Notes under the pieces: model-generated
Seen by the model: the letters and a program-made list of their open reading frames with translations, nothing else
Databases searched by the model: none
What the model was told of the DNA's origin: nothing
Translations under genes and position numbers: made by a program
Assembly (NCBI GenBank): GCA_964645875.1
Contig: CAZYCX010000002.1
Location: 4,354 to 68,353, forward strand
Source of the DNA: an uncultured Acidimicrobiaceae bacterium
GTDB taxonomy: Bacteria > Actinomycetota > Acidimicrobiia > Spongiisociales > ZC4RG35
DNA: 64,000 bases
Reading direction: 5' to 3'
Part shown: piece after piece, positions 55,590 to 64,000 of the stretch
How positions within the stretch are numbered: position 1 is the stretch's first letter
Layout: the number at the start of each line of letters is the position of its first letter

Positions 55590-56571
55590 TGGCGGATATC
55601 TCGCGCAGACGGGCGAGGTTGTGCACCGCGGACATGTAACGGACCGATCCCGTCTTCGACCGCATGATCACCGAGTGGGTCACCGCCCGCTCCTCGCCCC
55701 GGAAGTTGACTCCCCGTAGAAACTCCCCGTTGGTGACGCCGGTGGCGGCGAAGAAGACGTTGTCCGAGGAGACCAGGTCGTCGATGGTGAGCACCTGGTC
55801 GAGGTCGAGCCCCTCGTCCCGGGCGAACTGCTCTTCCGAGGAGTCCCGCGGCCAGAGCCGACACTGGATCTCGCCGCCCACGCACTTGAGGGCCGCCGCC
55901 GCGATCACCGCCTCCGGCGATCCGCCGATGCCGAGCAGGATGTCGGCCTCGTGGTTCTCCTCTGCGGTGGCGATCGCCCCGGCCACGTCTCCGTCACGGA
56001 ACAGCGAGATGCGGGCACCGGCCTCGCGCGCGGCGTCGATGTACGGCTTGTTCCGGGGACGGTCGAGGATGAGCACCCGGAGGTCGTTCATCTCCTTGTC
56101 GTTGGCCTTGGCCACCTGGGCCAGATTGTGGGTCACCGGCGCCTCGAGATCGATGGAACCGGCGGCCTCGGGACCAACTGCGATCTTGTCCATGTAGACG
56201 AGTGAGCCCGGGGCGTACATCGAGCCCCTGCCCTCGGCCAGGGCGATCACGGCAATGGCGTTGGGCAGGCCGGCGGCGGTCAGTTCCGTCCCATCGACAG
56301 GGTCCACGGCCACGTCGACGACCATGCCGGTTCCGGTGCCGACTCTCTCGCCGTTCCAGAGCATCGGGGCCTCGTCCTTCTCACCTTCGCCGATGACCAC
56401 CTCGCCATCGATGTCGATGGTGGACAGGTGCAGGCGCATCCCATCGACTGCGGCCTGATCGACCTTCTCTTTGTCGCCCCGTCCCAGCCAGCGGGCAGCG
56501 CCCAGCGCCGCGGTCTCGGTGACCCGGACCAGGTCGAGGCCGAGGTTTCGCTCTATCGGCTCGGGGGTCAT
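55576..56571 (-). CDS. glpX: class II fructose-1,6-bisphosphatase
   Basis: GlpX family collinearity (GEGEKDEAPML, GGSPEAVIAAAALKC). Confidence 0.9.
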   Translation of the reverse strand: MTPEPIERNLGLDLVRVTETAALGAARWLGRGDKEKVDQAAVDGMRLHLSTIDIDGEVVIGEGEKDEAPMLWNGERVGTGTGMVVDVAVDPVDGTELTAAGLPNAIAVIALAEGRGSMYAPGSLVYMDKIAVGPEAAGSIDLEAPVTHNLAQVAKANDKEMNDLRVLILDRPRNKPYIDAAREAGARISLFRDGDVAGAIATAEENHEADILLGIGGSPEAVIAAAALKCVGGEIQCRLWPRDSSEEQFARDEGLDLDQVLTIDDLVSSDNVFFAATGVTNGEFLRGVNFRGEERAVTHSVIMRSKTGSVRYMSAVHNLARLREISAITVD

Positions 56572-57755
56572 CAGGCTTCCACCTTCACGACGATGGCATC
56601 ACCTTGACCGCCGCCGCCGCAGAGTGTCGCCGCGCCGATCCCGCCACCGCGGTGACGGAGGGCGTTCACCAGGGTCACGACTATGCGGGCTCCTGTGGCT
56701 CCGAGAGGATGACCCAATGCGACGGCTCCTCCGTTCACGTTCACCTTGTCCTCCGGGATGTCGAGCATCCGCGCCGACCACATCGACACCGCGGCGAAGG
56801 CCTCGTTGATCTCGACCAGGTCGAGGTCCGAAGGTTCCAGGCCCGCCTTCTTGAGTGCAACCAGCAGCGCCTCTGCCGGACGCTCGTGGAGGGTGGCGTC
56901 GACACCGCCGATTTGCCCATAGGAGAGGATCTCGGCCAGGACCGGAGTCCCGGCGGCCTCGGCGGCTTCGCGCTCGGCTACCACGACCGCGGCGGCGCCA
57001 TCGGAGATCTGTGACGCGTTCCCGGCGGTGATCGTCCCGTTGGCGGTGAACGCCGGTCGGAGCTCGCCCATGGACTCCACTGTCGCCTCCGGGCGAATCC
57101 CCTCGTCGGCGGCCACCTCCATCACACCAGCCTTGCGCTGTGGCACGCCGACGGCTGTGATCTCGGTGGCGAACTGTCCGTTGCTGGTGGCTTCCTGGGC
57201 GAGTTGGTGGCTGCGTGCCGCCCACTCGTCCTGCTCTGCGCGCCCGATGCCGAGTCGTTCGTTCTTGTGGTCGGACGACTCGCCCATCGTGCACTGGTCG
57301 AAGGCGCAGAAAAGGCCGTCGTGTTGCATCACGTCGACCATCTCCACATTGCCGATCCGGGCACCCCAGCGCAGCTCCCTGACCACGTGCGGGGCGTTGG
57401 ACATCGACTCCATGCCCCCGGTGAGGACGAACTTGGAGTCTCCCAGCCTGATCGCCCGGTCGGCGAGGCCGATGGCCGACATCCCCGAGAGACAGACCTT
57501 GTTCACCGTGAGGGAGGGGATGGTCATGGGGAGCCCTCCCTTGACCGCGGCTTGGCGGGCGGTGATCTGACCTTCGCCCGCCTGGAGCACGTGGCCGAAG
57601 ATGACCTCGTCGAAGACGGACGGGTCGAGGCCGGAGCGCTCGACGGCGGTGCGGATCGCCTCCCCACCCAGGTCGACGGCTCGCAGGGGCCTGAGAGCGC
57701 CCCCGTAACGGCCGATCGGAGTGCGGGCGAATCCGGTTATCACAGAATTGGTCAC
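56571..57755 (-). CDS. acetyl-CoA C-acetyltransferase (thiolase II)
   Basis: Active-site Cys (VNKVCLSGMSAI), C-terminal His/Cys (ALGHPLGATG, CGGGGQG). Confidence 0.9.
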   Translation of the reverse strand: MTNSVITGFARTPIGRYGGALRPLRAVDLGGEAIRTAVERSGLDPSVFDEVIFGHVLQAGEGQITARQAAVKGGLPMTIPSLTVNKVCLSGMSAIGLADRAIRLGDSKFVLTGGMESMSNAPHVVRELRWGARIGNVEMVDVMQHDGLFCAFDQCTMGESSDHKNERLGIGRAEQDEWAARSHQLAQEATSNGQFATEITAVGVPQRKAGVMEVAADEGIRPEATVESMGELRPAFTANGTITAGNASQISDGAAAVVVAEREAAEAAGTPVLAEILSYGQIGGVDATLHERPAEALLVALKKAGLEPSDLDLVEINEAFAAVSMWSARMLDIPEDKVNVNGGAVALGHPLGATGARIVVTLVNALRHRGGGIGAATLCGGGGQGDAIVVKVEA

Positions 57756-57803
57756 GGCTCCGGATGGTACCGGCCCCGGGACGACACGGTCCCAGCACCC
57801 TTC

Positions 57804-57855
57804 CGTTTTCGCGCATCAGATGCGCTGAAAGCGCGCCATCTGATGCGCGAAAACG
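57804..57855 (+). ncRNA. family-1 structured element copy 2 (perfect 19-bp arms, GCGC-tGAAa-GCGC apical stem)
   Basis: cgttttcgcgcatcagatg / catctgatgcgcgaaaacg perfect IR; 3' end abuts ATG 57856. Confidence 0.45.
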
Positions 57856-58299
57856 ATGAAGGATGCCTCGCGGCGTACCCTCGTCGGGATGAAGCTGCTC
57901 AATCTCGACCACGTCGCCATCGCGGTCCACGACCTCGATGCGACCATCGACGGTTACCGGGGGCGGTACAACGTCGAGCCCCTGTACCGCGAGACGGTGG
58001 AGGACCAGGGTGTCGAGGAGGCGATGATCCCGGTCGGCGGATCCTTCATCCAACTACTCGAGCCCCTCGGCCCTGAAACCTCGGTCGGCCGGTTCTTGTC
58101 CAAGAAGGGTGAGGGTTTGCATCACGTCGCGTACACCGTGGTCTCCATCGAGGCTGCTCTGGAGCATCTCGCCCACCAGGGTGCGAAGCTCGTCGACACC
58201 GAGGCAAGGGTCGGTGGGCGAGGAGCGCGGATCGCTTTCGTCCACCCCGCAGACCTGGGCGGCACACTCATCGAGCTCGTGGAGCTGAGCGATGAATAG
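57856..58299 (+). CDS. mce: methylmalonyl-CoA epimerase / VOC (glyoxalase-fold) family protein
   Basis: LNLDHVAIAVHDLD, GEGLHHVAY; possible real start at ATG 57889. Confidence 0.75.
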   Translation: MKDASRRTLVGMKLLNLDHVAIAVHDLDATIDGYRGRYNVEPLYRETVEDQGVEEAMIPVGGSFIQLLEPLGPETSVGRFLSKKGEGLHHVAYTVVSIEAALEHLAHQGAKLVDTEARVGGRGARIAFVHPADLGGTLIELVELSDE

Positions 58300-58492
58300 A
58301 GGGATCGAGATCAAGGGCGGCGCCACCGAGTTCGAGGCGGCGGTGATCGCGGTCGTCCTCGATCGGATCGCCCGGGACGAGGCTGCGGCCCTTCAGGGAA
58401 TGGGCAGGAGACGACCCGGTCTCCCCGCCTGGGTGCGCGCCATCATGCCGGAGGAGTCCCGTCTCTCCGGGGAGACCGTCAACCCCGACTGA
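58292..58492 (+). CDS. acyl-CoA carboxylase epsilon-subunit-like small protein (AccE family)
   Basis: 66 aa IEIKGGATEFEAAVIAVVLDRIARDEAAA...RPGLPAWVRA pattern of actinobacterial AccE; overlaps mce end by 8 nt. Confidence 0.45.
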   Translation: MNRGIEIKGGATEFEAAVIAVVLDRIARDEAAALQGMGRRRPGLPAWVRAIMPEESRLSGETVNPD

Positions 58493-58495
58493 GGT

Positions 58496-58544
58496 GTTGC
58501 TATAGCATCAGGTCTCGGAAACCACGACCTCTTGTTATAGCAAC
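58496..58544. repeat. family-2 element copy B: outer 12-bp stem (GTTGCTATAGCA / TGTTATAGCAAC) enclosing AGGTC-11nt-GACCT hairpin
   Basis: Fills the 54-nt gap between convergent stop codons of accE-like (+) and murJ (-). Confidence 0.5.
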
Positions 58545-58546
58545 GC

Positions 58547-60076
58547 CTAGCGGCGGAGGATCTCGCGCAGTTCGGGGGCCCGCAGGGCCGTGGCAGTAGC
58601 GAGAAAGGCGGCGAAGGTGGTGAGCCCGGCGACCGCAGTCACCGTCAACCCTCCGAGGATGGTGATGTCGGCGTCACCGAGCATCGCATTAGCCACCAGG
58701 AGGCCCAGTGCGGCGGCGACCACGGCCGACATCATCGAGCGGAGGAATGAGGGAGCCAGTCTCCGCACCGGATCCCACCCCGAATCGTATCCCCAGGCCA
58801 CCAGAAGCCCGAGTGCGTAGCCGATCATGACCAGGGTCGACGCCAGGGCGAAGCCGTTGACCCCCATGACCTGGTATAGCCCGAGCCAGGTGGGGATGGC
58901 GATTACCGAGAACACGGTTCCCACGATCACCGGAGTCCACATCTTCTTCTTGGCGTAGAAGTGCCTGGCCAGGATCTGGTGCATCCCCCAAGCCGGGATC
59001 GAGAACGCCAGGAAGACCAGCAACGTCGTCACCAGCTCGGTGTCGTCGGTACCGAACTCTCCATATTGGAAGACGAGACGGACCAGGGGCCGGGCCAGCA
59101 CCACCAGCCCTGCCGCCGCCGCCGCGGCGACGAAGATCGTCTTGCGCGCCGCCCTGCCCGTGGTGGCGATCAGTTCGTCGTCGGCACCGCGGGCGTAGAG
59201 GCTGGCCAGGAAGGGGAAGGCAGCCACGCCCGCCGCCTGGGCGATGACCCCGATCGGGACCATGCTGATGCGGCGCGCGAAGGAGAGCGCCGCGGTGGCT
59301 CCTTCGTCCAACTGCCCGAACAGCCGAACGAACTGCTCGTCGAGCACCGCCACCGACTGTCCGATCATCAGAGGGATGGCTAACACCAGGTACTCGCGGA
59401 CCGCCGACTGGCCCCTGCCAACGGAGATGAACCAGGTCCCGGTGCGTCTGGCCCCGACCCACTGGAGCCCGAAGTTCCCGACGGCGGCCCCTATCACCGC
59501 GCCGATCAGGAAAGACTCCGGTGTCGCCTCGCCGAGACCGGCCCCTACCAGGCCACCGGCGATGATCCCCAGGTTGTAGATCAAAGGGGCAGTGGCCGGG
59601 ATGACGAATCGCTTGTGGGTGTATTGCACGGCCATCAGCAACGCCCCGAGCACCAGGAACACCTGGGCGGGGAGCACCAGCCGGGTCATGGCGACCAGAC
59701 GGTCTGTCTCAGCCACCCTCGGGAACAGCAGGTCCACCAAAGGACCTGCCAGGGCCCACATCACGGCGGTGAGCGAGACGATCGCGGCCGCCACGAATCG
59801 GAACACGGAGGAGAACGCCCGGCTGGCGGCGTCTTCGTCACCGGTCTCCAGATGACGGCTGAGGATGGGAACCAGGGTGATGGTGAGGTAGGCGCCGGCG
59901 ATCAGGTAGTTGAGGAGGTCGGGGATGAGAAATGCGGCGAAGTAGAGGTCGGACTCGGCATTGACGCCGATGAGCCCGGCGATCAGGGCTTCGCGGACCA
60001 GGCCCAGGATGCGGGAGAGCAGGACGCTCCCGGCTATCACGACTGCCGCGGTTCCCATCCGGATCGGGCGGCTCAT
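58547..60076 (-). CDS. murJ: lipid II flippase MurJ (MviN)
   Basis: 509 aa, 14 TM, N-terminal LSRILGLVREALIAGLIG MurJ signature. Confidence 0.85.
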   Translation of the reverse strand: MSRPIRMGTAAVVIAGSVLLSRILGLVREALIAGLIGVNAESDLYFAAFLIPDLLNYLIAGAYLTITLVPILSRHLETGDEDAASRAFSSVFRFVAAAIVSLTAVMWALAGPLVDLLFPRVAETDRLVAMTRLVLPAQVFLVLGALLMAVQYTHKRFVIPATAPLIYNLGIIAGGLVGAGLGEATPESFLIGAVIGAAVGNFGLQWVGARRTGTWFISVGRGQSAVREYLVLAIPLMIGQSVAVLDEQFVRLFGQLDEGATAALSFARRISMVPIGVIAQAAGVAAFPFLASLYARGADDELIATTGRAARKTIFVAAAAAAGLVVLARPLVRLVFQYGEFGTDDTELVTTLLVFLAFSIPAWGMHQILARHFYAKKKMWTPVIVGTVFSVIAIPTWLGLYQVMGVNGFALASTLVMIGYALGLLVAWGYDSGWDPVRRLAPSFLRSMMSAVVAAALGLLVANAMLGDADITILGGLTVTAVAGLTTFAAFLATATALRAPELREILRR

Positions 60077-60921
60077 GGGAGGCCCGAGTGTTCCCGCAGC
60101 TCTTCGAGCAGCTGACCCGGAACGGTCAGGTCGCCGTATCCCGAGGCCAGCTCGAGACCCGGCTTGTAGGAGCCGTGGTAGTCACTGCCCCCGGACGGGA
60201 CGAGCCCGAAGCGTCGGGCGAGGTCGGTGTATCCGTCCCGCTCGTGACGTCGGTACACCGCATATATCGACTCCAGCCCGATCAGACCGGCTCCCTTCAG
60301 CCGGGTCAGGAGCGCCGCCATGTCCGACGCGGTGGTGATGGCCAGGGTGTGAGGGTGGGCGAGGACCGGCACGGCTCCAGATTCTCGCGCCAAGCCGATG
60401 GCCTCCTCCGGATCGAGGCGCTCCCTACCGACGTAAGCCGGCTTGTCTCTGCCCAGCCAGAGATCGAAGGCGGTGCGGATGTCGGGCACGTAGCCGCGCG
60501 CCATCATGACCGCCGCGATGTGGGGACGCCCGATGCTCCCCCCTCCCGCTTCTCTCTCCACCTCCTCGATGGAGACGGGCATCCCCAGCTCGGTGAGGAT
60601 CTCGACGATGCGGAGATTCCGTCCGCCTCTCCCCGCCTGGAGACCGGAGAGACGATCCTGCAACGGGCCCGGCCCCGGCTCGAGCCAGAGAACGACTAGA
60701 TGCATTGCGCCCGTGTGGTAGTCCAGGGACAGCTCGACCCCGGGTATCAACTCGATGCCGGCGGCGTTCGCTGCAGCCCCTGCCTCGTTCAGCCCCTCCT
60801 GGGTGTCGTGGTCGGTGAGGGCGATGGCGGAGAGCCCGGCCTCCACCGCCAGCTCGACGAGACGTTCCGGCGGGTCGGAGCCATCGGAGGCGGTGGAATG
60901 GGTGTGGAGGTCGACGCTCAT
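60073..60921 (-). CDS. PHP-domain metal-dependent phosphoesterase
   Basis: VDLHTHSTASDG, LTDHDT, HPH triads. Confidence 0.8.
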   Translation of the reverse strand: MSVDLHTHSTASDGSDPPERLVELAVEAGLSAIALTDHDTQEGLNEAGAAANAAGIELIPGVELSLDYHTGAMHLVVLWLEPGPGPLQDRLSGLQAGRGGRNLRIVEILTELGMPVSIEEVEREAGGGSIGRPHIAAVMMARGYVPDIRTAFDLWLGRDKPAYVGRERLDPEEAIGLARESGAVPVLAHPHTLAITTASDMAALLTRLKGAGLIGLESIYAVYRRHERDGYTDLARRFGLVPSGGSDYHGSYKPGLELASGYGDLTVPGQLLEELREHSGLP

Positions 60922-60952
60922 CAGGTGGGTCTGATGATGCCTGCTCCGACCG

Positions 60953-61744
60953 TCAGGAACCGGCTACTTCGATGTCTATCGACTCGATATAGACCGTCTC
61001 GAGGGGTCGGCTCCGTTCCACGGTCCCGGGAGCGGTGGCGGTGGGGACGGCCATGATCCGGTCGATGGCGTCCTGGCCCGAGCCGACTCTGCCCAGCACG
61101 TTGAACTGATTGGTGAGGAACTCACCGTCCGATCCCGAGATCACCTTGAACTGCGAACCCGTGCTGCGCGCTCCCCGGCTCCACATGGCCACGACGCCCT
61201 CCTCGTAGACGAAGTCGTCGTCGGGAAACTCGTCAGGGACCAGATAGCCCGGACCGCCGGTCCCGTCGGCCCTGGGGTCGCCGGCCTGGAACGCGAAGTC
61301 CTCGGCTATGCGGTGGATCACCTGCCCGTCGTAGAAACCCTCGCGGGCGAGGAAGACGAACGAGTTCACGGTCTCCGCGGCCTCGGCCGTGTTCAAGTCG
61401 ATCACGATCTCGCCGCAAGAGGTGACGATGGTGGCGGTCGCTTCGACGGAGGACGAGATGTCCGACTGGGGTTCGGGGGCGTCGAAGGACATGATCTGCT
61501 CGGGGGGAGGCCGTTCCGCACCGCACGCGGTCTCCTGGGCGCGGTAGTCCTCGTAGGTGCCCGGGATCTCGGATCCGTCGCCGCTTCCGAATATCCCGCT
61601 GAGACCGAATATCGAGATCACGATCACTCCGAACACCAGTGCGGTGAGGAGGCGCCTGCCGAGCTCCCGGCGCGACGCACGCTTGCGCTCGGACTCGCGC
61701 TTGGCGGCACGTTGCTCCTTTTGGCGCTGTCGTCGGTCGGACAT
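60953..61744 (-). CDS. peptidyl-prolyl cis-trans isomerase (cyclophilin type), membrane-anchored
   Basis: N-terminal basic tail + TM, cyclophilin core (FHRI-like VIHRIAEDFAFQAGDP, MWSRGARSTGSQF). Confidence 0.8.
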   Translation of the reverse strand: MSDRRQRQKEQRAAKRESERKRASRRELGRRLLTALVFGVIVISIFGLSGIFGSGDGSEIPGTYEDYRAQETACGAERPPPEQIMSFDAPEPQSDISSSVEATATIVTSCGEIVIDLNTAEAAETVNSFVFLAREGFYDGQVIHRIAEDFAFQAGDPRADGTGGPGYLVPDEFPDDDFVYEEGVVAMWSRGARSTGSQFKVISGSDGEFLTNQFNVLGRVGSGQDAIDRIMAVPTATAPGTVERSRPLETVYIESIDIEVAGS

Positions 61745-61829
61745 GGCGGTGCGACTCTAGGCGGCCAATGCATCCAACTCCCATCGGTGTTCGTATTGAC
61801 GGGCGCAACCATCCAAACTGTCATCGAAC

Positions 61830-62810
61830 ATGCCGGTTGTAGTCCAGAAGTACGGCGGGACCTCGGTCGCCGACTCGACGCGAATCAAGGCCGTTGCCGA
61901 TCGGGTGGTGCAAACCCGGGAGGCGGGATACGATCTCGTGGTCGTGGTCTCCGCGATGGGCGAGACCACGGACACTCTCCTCGACCTGGCCACTGAGATC
62001 AGCAGCGCTCCCCATCCCCGGGAGATGGACATGCTCCTCACCGCCGGAGAGCGCATCTCGATGGCACTCCTGGCCATGGCTCTCAACGATCGCGGTGTCC
62101 CTGCCGTCAGCTACACCGGTTCGCAGGCCGGGATCCTCACCGACTCGGCACATGGGGGCGCCCGAATCACCAGGATCACCGGGGAGCGGGTCAGGGAGTC
62201 ACTCGACGCCGGCATGGTGGTGATCGTGGCCGGGTTCCAGGGGGTCGACCCCACCTCGAAGGAGGTGACGACCCTGGGGAGGGGCGGCTCGGACACGACT
62301 GCTGTGGCGCTCGCCGACACCCTTGGAGCCGAGGCCTGTGAGATCCTCACCGATGTCACGGGGGTGTTCACCGCTGACCCGCGCTTGGTAGAGGGAGCCC
62401 GTTTGCTCGCCGATGTCCAATACGACCAGATGCTCGCCCTGGCCGCGGCCGGTGCGGGGGTGCTCATGCCCCACTCGGTGGAGTTCGCCCGCGACCATCG
62501 TGTGCCGGTCCATGTCAGATCGTCTTTCACCGATGAGGACGGCACCTGGCTTCGCCCAGAAGCCCCAACGCGGCCCTTCGCCGGTATCGCCCACCGGATC
62601 GAGCCGGATCATGGTGTTGTGACCTTGGTTGGCACCGAGGCCACTACCGCGGCTACTGGCGAGATGGTGGCCCTCCATGAGCAGGGGATGGTCACCGCTC
62701 TCATCAGCTCCAACGAGCAGTCGGTCTCTTTGTCCGTCGATCCGGAACAAATCGGGGCAGCGGTGCGGTTCTTACATGCTCGGCTCTTCGAATTGGAGAC
62801 CTCTCAATGA
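61830..62810 (+). CDS. ask: aspartate kinase (short form, single ACT domain)
   Basis: [35 protein letters not shown]; only 326 aa with apparently one C-terminal ACT domain (no database alignment run). Confidence 0.85.
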   Translation: MPVVVQKYGGTSVADSTRIKAVADRVVQTREAGYDLVVVVSAMGETTDTLLDLATEISSAPHPREMDMLLTAGERISMALLAMALNDRGVPAVSYTGSQAGILTDSAHGGARITRITGERVRESLDAGMVVIVAGFQGVDPTSKEVTTLGRGGSDTTAVALADTLGAEACEILTDVTGVFTADPRLVEGARLLADVQYDQMLALAAAGAGVLMPHSVEFARDHRVPVHVRSSFTDEDGTWLRPEAPTRPFAGIAHRIEPDHGVVTLVGTEATTAATGEMVALHEQGMVTALISSNEQSVSLSVDPEQIGAAVRFLHARLFELETSQ

Positions 62811-63814
62811 CGACTGTTGCCGTGGTCGGGGCTACCGGGGCGGTGGGCCGCACCATGCTCGCCATCCTCGCCGAACGCCACTTCCCGGCCGACTCGCTGC
62901 GTCTGGCCGCTTCGGAGCGTTCCGCGGGTCAGACGGTCGATACCTACCTGGGGGAGGTGGTGGTCGAGGATCTCGCCTCGATGGACCCCTCCGGGGTCGA
63001 CGTGGCGATGTTCTCGGCGGGCGGAGATCGTTCGAGAGAGCATGCTCCCCGGTTCGCCGAGGCGGGAGCGGTGGTGGTCGACAACTCTTCCGCCTTTCGC
63101 ATGGACCCGACGGTGCCATTGGTGGTGACCGGGGTGAACGACGAAGTCGCCGAGAGCCATCGAGGGATCATCGCCAATCCGAACTGCACCACGATGACTC
63201 TCATGGTGGCCGCCGGTCCTCTCCACCAAGCCGCCGGTCTGCGGTCGATAGTGGCGACCTCCTATCAAGCGGTGTCGGGCTCGGGCCAGCAGGGAGTGAC
63301 CGAACTGCTGGAACAGCAGGGTCTCCTGGGATCGGACGTAGAGGCCCTGATGACCGGGGGATGGACCGACCCGGGGACCAGTGTCTATGAGCGCCCTATC
63401 GCTTTCAACGTCCTCCCGTTCGCCGGCAACGAGGTGGACGGTGGCTACACGGACGAGGAGATGAAGCTGGTCAATGAGTCCCGCAAGATCCTCGACATCC
63501 CCGAGCTTGCCGTCGAACCGACCTGTGTCCGGGTTCCGGTGCTGGTGGGGCACGGTGTCTCGGCCAGACTCCTGTTCGAGCGGCCGGTGTCGGTCGACGA
63601 GGCGATGTCGGTGCTGAGCGCGGCGCCGGGCGTCGAGTTGTGGAAGGACCGAACTCCTACGCCTCTCGACAGTGCCGGACGAGACGAGATCCTGGCGGGA
63701 CGGATCCGCGAGACTGTGTCGACTCCCGGTGGGATCAATCTGTGGGTGGTGGGGGACAACCTGCGCAAAGGGGCGGCATTGAACGCCGTGCAGATCGCCG
63801 AACTCCTGGTCTGA
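62807..63814 (+). CDS. asd: aspartate-semialdehyde dehydrogenase
   Basis: [11 protein letters not shown], active-site NPNCTT, ATGA overlap with ask. Confidence 0.9.
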   Translation: MTTVAVVGATGAVGRTMLAILAERHFPADSLRLAASERSAGQTVDTYLGEVVVEDLASMDPSGVDVAMFSAGGDRSREHAPRFAEAGAVVVDNSSAFRMDPTVPLVVTGVNDEVAESHRGIIANPNCTTMTLMVAAGPLHQAAGLRSIVATSYQAVSGSGQQGVTELLEQQGLLGSDVEALMTGGWTDPGTSVYERPIAFNVLPFAGNEVDGGYTDEEMKLVNESRKILDIPELAVEPTCVRVPVLVGHGVSARLLFERPVSVDEAMSVLSAAPGVELWKDRTPTPLDSAGRDEILAGRIRETVSTPGGINLWVVGDNLRKGAALNAVQIAELLV

Positions 63815-63816
63815 TC

Positions 63817-64000
63817 TAGACCGTCTCGGCGTCGTCCCGCATCACGGCGGCCATCCTCCGGCGCAGATCCGGATGTGCGTTGCGCAATCCCAGCTCCAGG
63901 GCGAACTCGGCGTCATCGGTGACGTCGAGCACGATCGCCTCGCCTTCGGCCCGGATGTGGAATCCGTCCGGCAGCGCCTGGACCCGCAGCTCGTCGCGGG
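63817..64000 (-). CDS. partial CDS (C-terminal about 60 aa; N-terminus beyond window), unknown function
   Basis: Open minus-strand frame ...ALPDGFHIRAEGEAIVLDVTDDAEFALELGLRNAHPDLRRRMAAVMRDDAETV* running off the window edge. Confidence 0.3.

Noticed and set aside
1-64000. CRISPR arrays, transposases, integrases, prophage genes
   Set aside because: None found. The only tandem DNA repeat is the coding 12-bp DDSP repeat. The repeated elements found are short hairpins with 2 copies each, not spacer-interleaved arrays.

Overview
High-GC (about 68-70%) actinobacterial-type chromosomal segment, densely coding, with no transposase, integrase, phage gene or CRISPR array. Recognisable blocks, by reading the translated ORFs: (1) RimK-like ATP-grasp ligase fused to an RCK_C domain; a decayed stretch (2.2-3.3 kb) holding a tRNA-Arg(ACG)-like 3' fragment and a frameshifted DJ-1/PfpI pseudogene; an aldo/keto reductase and a 922-aa class-III cyclase/STAND-ATPase/TPR protein. 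(2) Aldehyde dehydrogenase and a LivKHMGF-type amino-acid ABC importer. (3) A protocatechuate/4-hydroxybenzoate beta-ketoadipate cluster (pobA, pcaC, pcaH, pcaG, pcaB, divergent pcaIJ plus IclR regulator). (4) An acyl-lipid neighbourhood: AidB-like acyl-CoA dehydrogenase, two orphan FabH-like KAS III paralogs, PlsC-type acyltransferase, two alpha/beta hydrolases, an APH-type phosphotransferase, an internally deleted SDR pseudogene and a truncated photolyase remnant. (5) Two adjacent convergent two-component systems preceded by a secreted acidic DSP-repeat protein. (6) A phosphate/phosphonate uptake island: phnC, phnD, two phnE, HAD nucleotidase-like, PhoU/DUF47, Na/Pi cotransporter, flavodoxin-like reductase. 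(7) An ABC-2 exporter. (8) The conserved dnaX-ybaB-recR and ask-asd modules, plus glpX, thiolase, methylmalonyl-CoA epimerase, murJ, a PHP phosphoesterase and a cyclophilin. The most unusual signals are two families of short repeated hairpin elements, each present twice. Family 1 (27.96 kb and 57.80 kb) is a 52-nt element ending 0-3 nt before a start codon, and its substitutions are G·U-compatible on the plus strand only. Family 2 (39.96 kb and 58.50 kb) has a TTGCTATAGCAA palindrome and lies 3' of stop codons. Several gene-decay scars are also present. All calls are from visual reading and domain-motif memory; no database search was run.
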